Below, piece by piece: positions 38,324 through 49,657 of a stretch of 64,000 nucleotides of DNA. Position 1 is the stretch's first letter. Each line of letters starts with the position of its first letter. A program made the position numbers and the translations under genes. This DNA comes from Heterodontus francisci (Eukaryota). Location: NCBI RefSeq assembly GCF_036365525.1, contig NC_090403.1, positions 51,399,095 through 51,463,094 of the forward strand, written 5' to 3'. The notes beneath the pieces were generated by a model. The model was given only the letters and a program-made list of their open reading frames with translations. It searched no databases and was not told the origin of the DNA.

Positions 38324-40194
38324 CTGAATGGAAAGTTTTTTTTGTATGTGGTGAAGGAAAGAGACAAATTATTTTTGTGAAATTTCTAATTAAGGAACAG
38401 GATCAGTGCTTTATTTGGTGCAGGACACAGATTTAAGGTAAAAGGCCAGACAAGGAGAAATTATTTTAGCAGCAAGTTATGATGATCTGGCATGCACTGC
38501 CTGAAAGGGCGGTGGAAGCAGATTCAATAGTATCTTTCAAAAGGGGACTGGATAAATACTTGAATGGGAGAAAATTGCAGGGCCATGGAGACAGAACAGG
38601 GAAAAGTAGAACTAACTGGATAGCTTAATGGAACAAATTCGATAACTCTTTCAAAGAGCTGCCAGAGGCATGATGGACTGAATGGGCTCCTTCTGTGTTG
38701 CAAGATTCTGGGTGCTGCTCACAAGTTAGCATTTAATTGCACCATTTCGTATACGGCTGTTTGTATTGTATAATCTGCCTCTTTACTGGGGTATGGCTTT
38801 GAATTTTCTTTCAAAGTTGGAAAAGTCTGGTGTGATGGCATGTTTGGGCTCTAGAGACTGACACTGCACCAAACAGAACTAATCGATCAGTTATCAATAC
38901 ATATATAATCACTTTCAATTATCAACCATATAAATGTTATTTTCAAGGAGCAAGCCCCCAAAAAGTGTAATTCTTTATTTTTGAAAACAAAAAACAATTT
39001 TTCTGTGCATCAACTGGTAGTGAATGGACAGCATAGGAGAAATCCTGAGACAGAGATGTATGACTAGTGATGATGGAGTGCGAATCAAAGTTAGTACCCT
39101 ATTGTTCCTGGAGACTGCATCTTTGTGACAAGAATTGCTACTTCAGAAGTGGTGAATGTAGTGTTCACGGGAAACAAATCTTATCTACAAGATTCAGGGA
39201 GCATGGATGAAATATATCCAGGAAAACTTGTCCTGAGGTTAGCAACAACTGTGAAAACATCACCTAATCCAAGTTTACAACCAAAGCTGCTCAATCTCAA
39301 TATCCCATTTGGATTGCAGTGTTCCCCCCTTCCCCCAGTTAATCTGCACTGTTTTGCATTAAGATGGACAGTGCTGTATTTCAGTTAAGGGGTTACTGAA
39401 TTTTTTTGTCAGAAGGCAATAAAGTAAATTATATAAATAACCGCAGGGAAATGTCTGAGTTTCAAGATTTGTGATCTCTATATTAAAAAATAACATGCAA
39501 TTACAAAAGGAACGTTACAGTTAGAAATGCCCTCTGGATACAGGGGAGAGGTATTGCAGAGGTGGAAAAGCATTGCAAAAATTTCCCAAAAACACGAACG
39601 CAAGGAGCCTGAATCAGTTTTTCTCAACTTTGGATACAACTTTAATCTATGGCTGATATTTAGTACAACAGTTACTTGTCAGTTTCTTAAATTATGCGTA
39701 TGGTGAACTGTCCAACTCCTAAATACGCTAACGTTTTGGCAAAGAAGAAATGATCTAGGATATAGGATATAAAATTTACAGCACAGAAGCAGCCCACTTT
39801 GCCACATTTGGTCTATGTGGGCGTTTCTGCTTCACATAAGCCTCCTCCCACCCTACTTCATCTCCAGCATACCCTTCTGCCTCATGTGCTTATCTAGCTT
39901 CCCTTTAAATATATCGATGCTAACTACCTCAACTACTTCACGTGGTGGTGAGTTCCACATTTTACCACTCAGAATATATTATCAGTGCAAAACTATTTAA
40001 CCCAATGATTCATACAGGGCAGTTGTGTGCATCGTTGGAATGATAATTGAATGACACAGATGAATGTCAAGTGACACCCAATGAGGGGTTAGGTAATGGA
40101 GCCATACTACCACGCAAGTCACTAAGTATGGAAACATTCAACATTTGATGATGGACAAAGCAGAAATCTGATAGTCCAGAGGCTCCTTGTTGAT

Positions 40195-40775
40195 CACCTA
40201 CAGGGCATTGGTGAGACCACATCTGGAGTACTGTGTACAGTAATGGTCTCCTTATTTAAGGGAGGACGTAAATGCATTGGAGGCAGTACAGAGATGGTTT
40301 ACTAGACTAATACCTGGAATGGGTGGGCTGTCTTATGAGGAAAGGTTGGACAGGCTAGGCTTGTATCCACTGGAGTTTAGAAGAGTAAGTGGTTAACTGA
40401 TTGAAACATATAAGATCCTGAAGGGTCTTGACAGGGTGGATGTGGAAAGGATGTTTCCTCTTGTGGGAGAATCTAGAACAAGGGGTCACTGTTTTAAAAA
40501 TAAGGGTTCGCCCATTTAAGGCAGATGAGAATTTTTTTCTCTGAGGGTCATGAGTCTTTGGCATTCTCTTCCTCAAAAGGCAGTGGAAGCAGAGTCTTTG
40601 AATGTTTTTAAGGCAGAGGTAGATCGATTCTTGATAAGCAAGGGGGTGGAAGGTTATCGGGGTAGGTGGAAATGTGGAGTAATCAGTTCAGCCATTAACT
40701 TATTGAATGGCGGAGCAGGCTCGAGGGGCCGAGTGGCCTACTCCTGCTCCTAATTCGTATGTATGTTCGTATGTA
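40195..40775 (+). mobile_element. CR1 3' fragment
   Basis: RALVRPHLEYCVQ through to the tail; frameshifted. Confidence 0.9.
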
Positions 40776-41402
40776 AGAAGTGAAGACAGCAAGCTCCAAC
40801 ATTCATGAGTGTGAACTTCCTCGGCACTTTTCAGTTGCGTATTTGGAGAAAAACTTTCTTTTTTTAAAACGTGTTGTCAAACTCACAAGTAGTAAATGGT
40901 TGGGGCATTTCCATGCAATGATTATGTGATGATAGCTGTTCCTGTTTGCTATCATGTTCAAGTTGAACTATTGCATTGTTGTTAGCAACATATGTAATAC
41001 AAAGGTTCTCTCATACACACAAACACATTTATTTGTGTGTGACATATTTCACGGAGGTAACTGATTTAGAGGAGTTACTGAGAATGACTGTAGAAATTAA
41101 AAGCACCGTCAAAACATGTTCATGTTGTAACTTGCTGAAGTCACAAAAATACTCAACAAATGAATTGAACAGCACATTCCTAACCAGACATGCTATTTTG
41201 CTTTAAAAGATCCTAGGTTTTTCTGTCTGTAGATTTGTTTTTTATATTTGAGAACCGTAGTGGTGGTGGTGGACAGCACCAAGGTTTAGAAGGCAGGGTT
41301 GGTGTGAAATCGAGAAACAATGGTTAGATGATATAGTTTTCTTTAATTAAACCTTGAAGTTTAGACACTGACCATATTATCACTGCTTGCATCAGCAACT
41401 GA

Positions 41403-41945
41403 AATCCTTATTTAAGGAAGGATGTAAATGTGTTGGAGGTGGTTCAGAGGAGGTTTACTAGATTGATATCTGGAATGAGTGGGTTGTCTTATGAGAAAAG
41501 GTTGGACAGACTGGGCTTGTTTTCACTGGAGTTTAGAAGAGTGAGGGGAGACTTGATTGAAGTTTATAAGATCCTGAACGGTCTTGACAAGTGGATGTGG
41601 ACAGGATGTTTCCTCCTGTGGGTGAGTCCAGAACTAGGGGCGACTACTTTAAGATTAGGGGTTGCCTTTTTAGGACAGAGATGAGGAGAATTTTTTTCTC
41701 TGAGGGTTGTGCAACTTTGGAACTCTCTGCCGCAGAAGGTGGTGGAGGCGGGGTCATTGAATATTTTTAAGGCACAGGTAGATAGATTCTTGTTAGGCAA
41801 GGGAATCAAAGGTTATCGGGGGTAGATGGGAGTGTGGAATTTGAAACACAACACAAATAGATCAGCCATGATCTTATTGAATGGTGGAGCAGGATCGAAG
41901 GGCTGAATTACCTACTCTGCTCCTAATTCATATGTTCGTAAATGT
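41403..41945 (+). mobile_element. CR1 3' fragment
   Basis: VQRRFTRLI..LEFRRVRGDLIE plus tail. Confidence 0.9.
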
Positions 41946-44867
41946 TTGATCCCAAAAGATTTGTCTTTAGTGGCCACATAGATGTGTTTGTGGAATGTTT
42001 TCTGGGGTTAAAGATGCTATATAAACACAAGTTGTTGTTCCCATATGTAAAGTTTAAATGAATACTCCCATTAATGTGAGTACAGCTTAAGCTGCAAATT
42101 GTAACCAATGTTGGGAGTTATTTTTTCAATGAGGCATTAGCCCAAAAAACCCCTTTCCAAATCTACATGTCTGAAAAATTCAAAACAAAACAAATTAGTG
42201 AATAAGAATATAAGTTTGGATAGAGCTTAGGTGCTTGGATTTGGTGAGCTGTATTGTAAGTTTTTTTTTTAGGGGATGCTTTATATCCCACTTCAAGCTG
42301 TCTGGATACCTTTGCTTCTACAGATACACTTTTCCAAATAGCAGGCAGCACAGTACTGTTCTGAACTCATGTTGAAAATTGGATTTCCAACATTTAAAAA
42401 AATTCAGATTTTCCAGTTACAAAATGCACAGCTGCTAAAATTTACACCGGAGTTTTATAAGAGGCCTGAAGTGCCAATGGATTTGTATTTTTACATTGTG
42501 CCCAATTCTGTATCAAAGCAATGCGTTTCAGATGGTTTATAACAATACAGAAGGGGTAGAACCTAATTAAACTTTAATACTATACACTATTGCAATCTTT
42601 TTTAAAAAGAAAATTCTGAGTTCTATGTTACTTGAAACATATCAGGACTACCCATTCCAATGCTCTATTCATGCAGTCATCTGTGCCCAGATTTTTAAAA
42701 AAAAATAATTGGGACATATAGCAAATGTTATATCTCACAGATGGGGTACATTTACTGATGCATTAAGGAGAGAACAGATGGCTGGGAGCAAGTTTCACAT
42801 CTAACACACCAGAGGGCTTTGGATGACCTCCATAAACTACGAGAGTAAAGTTCAAGCAGTTTATAAACTTTAGCCAAATCGTTTGTGCTATAATCCGGAG
42901 AACACTCATAACCAAACAAAGAAGCTTCTGCACCTTCACACTTCAAGCTTATGTCTCTATTGCTACTGCCAAATCTCCATCATGACCAGTGACCACAGTC
43001 ATTATGGCTATTACATGGAGCTGTGTGGCTTCATATGGTGCTATTTTTTTCTTTCATTCAGCTGGCAGGAAAGAGTGCTCTACTTTTCAGGAAAATTTTG
43101 TTTGGTGTTAGAATAAAACTGATGTAGAGAACAGGTGTGATCACAAGATACATAATCATCCTCTGAAGCTAGAAATTATATCACTGTTTTCTAATGACTC
43201 ACTTAAATCTTGAAATTTATATCTATACACAATGACCCAGATTTCGCTATCAAAATTACAGTGAGGCTAATGGGGTGCTCGCTGTTATTTATCTGCAAAT
43301 GGTACAGCAACTTCAGGCAAGGGGCAGATGCGCAGTTTAATGCAGATATCCAAAAATAGCATCTCACTATCTGCCTTACCATTAAAAGGCATGAAGTTTC
43401 TGTATTTGCACAGTAGATATGAACTAAACTTGCCACAGAAAGTTAAGTCAAGGAATTTGAAGTCTAAGTGCCCTATTAACATTTTAATGACATCATGAGT
43501 GTTATTTACTGCTAATTAATCTTTCTTGCACTGAAAATTAACAATTACAAGTTTGGAGTCTCATTCCTTCAGATTTTAATTTAGAAATTTAAAAAATGTG
43601 ACAATTTTAAAAATAAATTTACTTTGTCCCTTTTTCTCTCTATCCAATCTTTCTTTCCTCCACTTTATTTCTCTTTCTGTTACCTGATTTGACATTGAAT
43701 TCACCCACTCTAATTCAGTTACAAAAATAAAGGGGGTAAATCAGTATACCCTTCATTACATGTTGCAAAAATGGGTCATATTCTTGGTTCCAAACAAATA
43801 CATAATGGGTATGTAATCCAATGTACCCCGCACAACACTCCTGGTGATGCAGCCTCAGTTACTATGACCCTGCACTCTGGAACTCCCTTCCTGAAGTTTG
43901 GGAGTTTGACTATTTCATTGTGGAAGGATCTTGATAATTTATATTAAAACATTGCTGTGATGGAGCCAGATTCAATTGTAGCTTTCAGAAACTAATTGGA
44001 TAATTACCTGAAGAGAAAAAAATTGCGGATCAAGCAGGGGAGTGGGACCAGGTGAGTTGCTCTTGCAGAGAGCCAGAATAGGCCTGACGGGTCAAATAGC
44101 CGCCTCCTGTGCTGTAACAATTCTATGATTCTCTGATTAAGTTAACTTGAAGTTCATAAGGAGCTGAATTCTTAGAGTAGCCAATACTGGGGGATATGCA
44201 TTAAAACCAGAGGAGCCAGTTTATGGAATGACGCTTCTCACATACCAATTCCGCTTGAGCCAAAAGGAAGTTGTTTACACCTTCCTGTGGACCATCCAAA
44301 CTCACTGGCCTCAATATTAATGGAGAAGGTGCTGGGGTGACCAAAATCAGCTGGAGCACGGACCCTAGTAAGGCCAGGGACACGGAGGCCTTGCTGATCT
44401 GAATGAAAGGGCCACATTAGCATATTTTAGGGACATCTCCCACCAGGCAGCTGCCCAAATTGGGCATCTAGAGATCAGGGGCTGAGGAAGGTAGAAGGTT
44501 GCCTTGGAGTGGCCTGAATTACAGCAGTTCTGTGAGAGACCTCCTGTTCCCCCTGGCCCAGAAGGAGTGCTAAAAAGAGCCACTTGCCTTGGGAAGCCAG
44601 CAGCTCCTGCCTCTGATCAGCTGCTGGGAATCCGACAGCTCAGGCCTCCTCCTTACTTACTGATAATTTCATCAGCGCCTCAGCTTAAATTTATCAGGCT
44701 GTGTCTTTGGTATGTTAATTAGGCACCCGCCTGCCTTTTGAGAGAGCCTCTTTCCCTTCTCGATTTCTGGATGCGGTCAGTTGTCCGGTCCGGTCCAATA
44801 CTTTAATTACCAACCCCCCCACACAGACCCTCTCCCTTGTTAAATTGAAGCCATTACATTAGAATGG

Positions 44868-45288
44868 ATTAGGCAGGATCCCCAAAGACACATTGTACAG
44901 CGAGCTCGCCACTGGTATCAGACCCACCGGCCGTCCATGTCTCCGTTATAAAGACGTCTGCAAACGCGACATGAAATCGTGTGACATTGATCACAAGTCG
45001 TGGGAGTCAGTTGCCAGCATTCGCCAGAGCTGGCGGGCAGCCATAAAGACAGGGCTAAATTGTGGCGAGTCGAAGAGACTTAGTAGTTGGCAGGAAAAAA
45101 GACAGAGGCGCAAGGGGAGAGCCAACTGTGCAACAGCCCCAACAAACAAATTTCTCTGCAGCACCTGTGGAAGAGCCTGTCACTCCAGAATTGGCCTTTA
45201 TAGCCACTCCAGGCGCTGCTTCACAAACCACTGACCACCTCCAGGCGCATATCCATTGTCTCTCGAGATAAGGAGGCCCAAAAGAAGA
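44868..45288 (+). mobile_element. 5'-truncated RTE-clade LINE
   Basis: LYSEL..G.RPTGRP.LRYKDVCKRDMK and terminal CSTCGRACHSRIGLYSH finger, typical of RTE ORFs; 12-bp TSD acattagaatgg (44856-44867, 45289-45300); aagaag tail. Confidence 0.9.
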
Positions 45289-45668
45289 ACATTAGAATGG
45301 CTCTATTCGTTTCAGGCCAGCAGAAGACAATTTCCAGAGTCTCCCTCCTGGGGAGGTGCGAGCTAGTTTTATTGACTGGCCAGACCTGAGCCATGGAAAC
45401 CTGGGAAAGGGTCAGAGGTCCAACTGCTGGTCTCCTGTCCAGCTAGAATACAAAGGAAATGTGAGCACATGGCATTTTTTGTGAAGATTCGTTGAGAGGG
45501 ACAGACAGGGAGAAAGTGCGACATCTTTCAGATAAAGATGGTCAGGATCAGGAGAAATAGAACATAGAACATAGAACATAGAAAAATACAGCACAGAACA
45601 GGCCCTTCGGCCCACGATGTTGTGCCGATCCTTTGTCCTCTGTCAAGGACAATTTAATCTATACCCCA

Positions 45669-48569
45669 TCATTCTCCTTTATCCATATACCTATCCAAAA
45701 GCCTTTTGAAAGTCCCTAAAGTTTCTGACTCAACAACTTCCCCGGGCAAGGCATTCCATGCCTCGACCACTCTCTGGGTAAAGAACCTTCCCCTGACATC
45801 CCCCTTATATCTCCCACCCTTCACCTTAAATTTATGACCCCTTGTAACGCTTTGCTCCACCCGGGGAAAAAGTTTCTGACTGTCTACCCTATCTATTCCC
45901 CTGATCATCTTATAAACCTCTATCATGTCACCCCTCATCCTTCTCCTTTCTAATGAGAAGAGGCCTAGAATGTTCAGCCTTTCCTCGTAAGACTTATTCT
46001 CCATTCCAGGCAACATCCTGGTAAATCTCCTCTGCACCCTCTCCAAGGCTTCCACATCCTTCCTAAAATGAGGCGACCAGAACTGCACACAGTACTCCAA
46101 ATGAGGCCTTACCAAGGTCCTGTACAGCTGCATCATCACCTCACGGCTCTTAAATTCAATCCCTCTGCTAATGAACGCTAACACCCCATATGCCTTCTTC
46201 ACAGCCCTATCCACTTGAGTTGCAACTTTCAATGATCTATGCACATAGACCCCAAGGTCTCTCTGCTCCTCCACATGCCCAAGAACCCTACCGTTAACCC
46301 AGTATTTTGCATTCATGTTTGTCCTTCCAAAATGGACGACCTCACACTTTTCAGGGTTAAACTCCATCTGCCACTTTTCAGCCCAGCACTGCAACCTATC
46401 CAAGTCCCTTTGCAGACGACAATAGCCCTCCTCGGTATCCACAACTCCACCAACCTTTGTATCATCTGCAAATTTACTGACCCACCCTTCGACTTCCTCA
46501 TCCAAGTCGTTAATAAAAATCACAAACAGGAGAGGACCCAGAACTGATCCCTGCGGCACGCCACTGGTAACTGGGCTCCAGGCTGAGTATTTACCATCTA
46601 AGACCACTCTCTGCCTTCTATCAGTTAGCCAATTCTTAATCCAATTGGCCACATTCCCCACTATCCCATGCCTCCTGACTTTCTCCATAAGTCTACCATG
46701 GGGGACCTTATCAAATGCCTTACTAAAATCCATGTACACCACATCCACTGGTTTACCCTCATCCACTTGCTTGGTCACCTGCTCAAAGAATTCAATCAGG
46801 CTTGTGAGGCAAGACCTACCCCTCACAAAACCGTGCTGACTGTCCCGAATCAAGCAGTGTCTTTCCAGATGCTCAGAAATCCTATCCCTCAGCACCTTTT
46901 CCATCAACTTGCCTACCACTGAAGTAAGACTAACTGGCCTGTAATTCCCAGGGTTGTTCCTATTCCCTTTCTTGAACAGGGGCACAACATTTGCCACCCT
47001 CCAATCACCTGGTACCACCCCCGTCAGCAGAGAAGATGAAAAGATCATTGCCAGCGGCTCTGCAATTTCATCCCTTGCTTCCCATAACATCCTTGGATAT
47101 ACCCCGTCAGGCCCGGGAGACTTGTCTATCTTCAAGTTATTCAAAAACCCCAACACATCTTCCCTCCTAACGAGCACTTCCTCGAGCTTACCAGTCTGCT
47201 TCCCACCGTCCTCTTCAGTAATACACCCCTTCTCATTCGTAAATACCGAAGAGAAGTACTCATTCAAAACCTCACTTATCTCTTCCGGCTCAACACACAG
47301 TCTCCCGCTATTGTCCTTGACCGGACCTACGGTCCCCCTAGTCATCCTCATATTTCTGACATACGCGTAAAAGGCCTTGGGGTTTTCTTTTATCCTACCC
47401 GCCAAGCATTTTTCATGCCCTCTCTTAGCTCTCCTAATCCCTTTCTTCAGATCCTTCCTGGCCATCTTGTATCCCTCCAGAGCTATGCCTGTGCCCTTTT
47501 TCCTCAACTTTATATACGCATCCTTCTTCTTCCTAACAAGACTCTCAACCTCTCTTGTCAACCACGGTTCCCTCACATGACCATCCCTTCCCTGTCTGAC
47601 AGGGACATGCTTATCAATGGCCCCTACTATCTGCTCCTTGAAAAAGTTCCACATTTCGACCGTGCCCTTCCCTGCCAGCATATGCTCCCAACTTATGCTC
47701 CTCAGTTCCTGCCTGACAGCATCATATCTACCCTTCCCCCAATTGTAAACCTTGCCCTGTTGCACATACCTATCCCTCTCCATTACCACAGTGAATGCTA
47801 CAGAATTGTGATCACTATCTCCAAAGTGCTCGCCCACCAACAGCTCTATCACTTGCCCTGGTTCATTACCTAGTACCAAATCCAATATTGCCTCCCCTCT
47901 GGTCGGGCAGTCTACATACTGAGTCAGAAAAGCTTCCTGGACATACTGCACAAGCACTACCCCATCCAAACTATTCGATCTAAAGAGTTGCCAATCAATA
48001 TTTGGGAAGTTGAAATCCCCCATAATTACTACCCTGTGACTTCTGCTCCTTTCCAAAATCTGTTTCCCAATCTGCTCTTCCACCTCCCTGCTGCTATTGG
48101 GGGGCCTATAGAAAACTCCCATCAAGGTGACTGCTCCTTTCCTGTTCCTGACCTCAACCCACAGTGCCTCAGTCGGCAGATCCTCCTCGAAAATTCTTTC
48201 AGCAGTTGTTACACTATTTCTAACTAACAATGCCACCCCCCCACCTCTTTTACCACCATTCCTAATCTTATGAAAACATCTATAACCAGGTACCTCCAAA
48301 AACCATTCCTCCCCCTCACCTATCCACGTTTCAGTGATGGCCACAACATCGTAGTCCCAAGTGCCCATCCACGCCTTCAATTCACTCACCTTATTCCTGA
48401 TGCTTCTTGCGTTGAAGTATACGCACTTTAACCCTTCTCCGTGCCCATCTGTCCTCTGTGACAGTGCTACCTTCCCCAATACCTCACTACACTCTTTGTC
48501 TTTCTGAGTGGACCCACTGGTCCCTGGATTACAAGTCCGGTTCCCATCCCCCTCCCAAACTAGTTTAAA
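45669..48569 (-). CDS. CR1 ORF2p: APE endonuclease + reverse transcriptase
   Basis: NARS, ITETW, GDFN, LDLVL, SDH (APE); DFSKAFD, GVPQGSVLGP, FADD (RT). The track start at 48479 is TTG; the frame stays open upstream to at least 48569, overlapping the ORF1 stop. Confidence 0.95.
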   Translation of the reverse strand, partial: FKLVWEGDGNRTCNPGTSGSTQKDKECSEVLGKVALSQRTDGHGEGLKCVYFNARSIRNKVSELKAWMGTWDYDVVAITETWIGEGEEWFLEVPGYRCFHKIRNGGKRGGGVALLVRNSVTTAERIFEEDLPTEALWVEVRNRKGAVTLMGVFYRPPNSSREVEEQIGKQILERSRSHRVVIMGDFNFPNIDWQLFRSNSLDGVVLVQYVQEAFLTQYVDCPTRGEAILDLVLGNEPGQVIELLVGEHFGDSDHNSVAFTVVMERDRYVQQGKVYNWGKGRYDAVRQELRSISWEHMLAGKGTVEMWNFFKEQIVGAIDKHVPVRQGRDGHVREPWLTREVESLVRKKKDAYIKLRKKGTGIALEGYKMARKDLKKGIRRAKRGHEKCLAGRIKENPKAFYAYVRNMRMTRGTVGPVKDNSGRLCVEPEEISEVLNEYFSSVFTNEKGCITEEDGGKQTGKLEEVLVRREDVLGFLNNLKIDKSPGPDGVYPRMLWEARDEIAEPLAMIFSSSLLTGVVPGDWRVANVVPLFKKGNRNNPGNYRPVSLTSVVGKLMEKVLRDRISEHLERHCLIRDSQHGFVRGRSCLTSLIEFFEQVTKQVDEGKPVDVVYMDFSKAFDKVPHGRLMEKVRRHGIVGNVANWIKNWLTDRRQRVVLDGKYSAWSPVTSGVPQGSVLGPLLFVIFINDLDEEVEGWVSKFADDTKVGGVVDTEEGYCRLQRDLDRLQCWAEKWQMEFNPEKCEVVHFGRTNMNAKYWVNGRVLGHVEEQRDLGVYVHRSLKVATQVDRAVKKAYGVLAFISRGIEFKSREVMMQLYRTLVRPHLEYCVQFWSPHFRKDVEALERVQRRFTRMLPGMENKSYEERLNILGLFSLERRRMRGDMIEVYKMIRGIDRVDSQKLFPRVEQSVTRGHKFKVKGGRYKGDVRGRFFTQRVVEAWNALPGEVVESETLGTFKRLLDRYMDKGE

Positions 48570-49480
48570 CCCTCCCGAACAGTACTAGCAAACCTCCCTC
48601 CCAGGATATTGGTGCCCCTCTGGTTCAGATGCAGCCCGTCCTGTTTGAACAGGTCCCATCTTCCCCAGAATGCAGTCCAATTATCCAAGAACTGGAAGCC
48701 CTCCCTCCTACACCATTCCTGCAGCCACGTGTTCAGCTGTGCTCTCTCCCTATTCCTAGCCTCACTATCACGTGGCGCCGGCAACAAACCAGAGATAACA
48801 ACTCTGTCCGTCCGAGCTTTCAGCTTCCAGCCTAACTCCCTAAACTCACTTCTAACATCTGTGCCACCCTTCCTTCCTACGTCGTTGGTGCCAATGTGCA
48901 CCACGACCTCTGGCTGCTCCCCCTCCCCTTTAAGGATCCTGAAGACGCGATCACAAACATCACGGACCCTGGCACCAGGGAGGCAACAAACCATCCGTGC
49001 GTGTCGCCTGCGCCCACAGAACCGCCTGTCCGTACTCCTCACCATCGAGTCCCCGATGACTAGTGCTCTCCCATTCTCCCTCCTTCCCTTCTGAGCCACA
49101 GTGCAGGACCCCGTGCCAGAGGCCCGGTCACTGCAGCCTGCCCCCGATAGGCCGTCCCCCCCAACAGTATCTAAAACTGTATACTTGTTGTTGAGGGGAA
49201 CGACCACAGGAGATCCCTGCACTGACCTCTTCCCACCTCTAACTGTTACCCAGCTGCCTTTGATTTGTGGAGTAACGACCTCCGTGTAGCTTCTATCTAT
49301 CAACCCCTCAGCTTCCCGAATGATCCTCAGTTCATCCAGCTCCAGCTCCAATTCCCTAACACGGTCTGATAGGAGCTGGAGACGGATGCACTTCCAGCAG
49401 GTGAAGTCGGCAGGGCCACCGGAGGTTTCCCTCACCTCGAACATTCTGCAGGAGGAGCAAGACACTACACTGGCTGCCAT
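48560..49480 (-). CDS. CR1 ORF1p: CxxC..CxxC zinc finger, coiled coil, SGNH esterase
   Basis: CSSC...CWKC, heptad Leu run LQLLSDRVRELELELDEL, SGNH blocks VIGDSMVR, LPGAR, HIGTND, DGLH; 306 aa. Confidence 0.95.
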   Translation of the reverse strand: MAASVVSCSSCRMFEVRETSGGPADFTCWKCIRLQLLSDRVRELELELDELRIIREAEGLIDRSYTEVVTPQIKGSWVTVRGGKRSVQGSPVVVPLNNKYTVLDTVGGDGLSGAGCSDRASGTGSCTVAQKGRRENGRALVIGDSMVRSTDRRFCGRRRHARMVCCLPGARVRDVCDRVFRILKGEGEQPEVVVHIGTNDVGRKGGTDVRSEFRELGWKLKARTDRVVISGLLPAPRDSEARNRERAQLNTWLQEWCRREGFQFLDNWTAFWGRWDLFKQDGLHLNQRGTNILGGRFASTVREGLN

Positions 49481-49657
49481 TTCTTTTATTCAATTACCCC
49501 TTAGTTAAGTACAACTATAGATATTAACAAAAACAGTAAATAGCTTACCTGTTCAGTCCTTTTTGGCTAGAGGAGGAGGGTAAAAAGGGTCTTATTATTA
49601 GGTTAGAGGAGGAGGATGGGTGGGAGACACTACATGTGTAGTGCCTCGGGTTTACTC

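Noticed and set aside
46239-49508. Plus-strand ORFs over the intact CR1, and similar ones over 9207-12634
   Set aside because: Antisense shadows of LINE coding sequence with no independent motifs.
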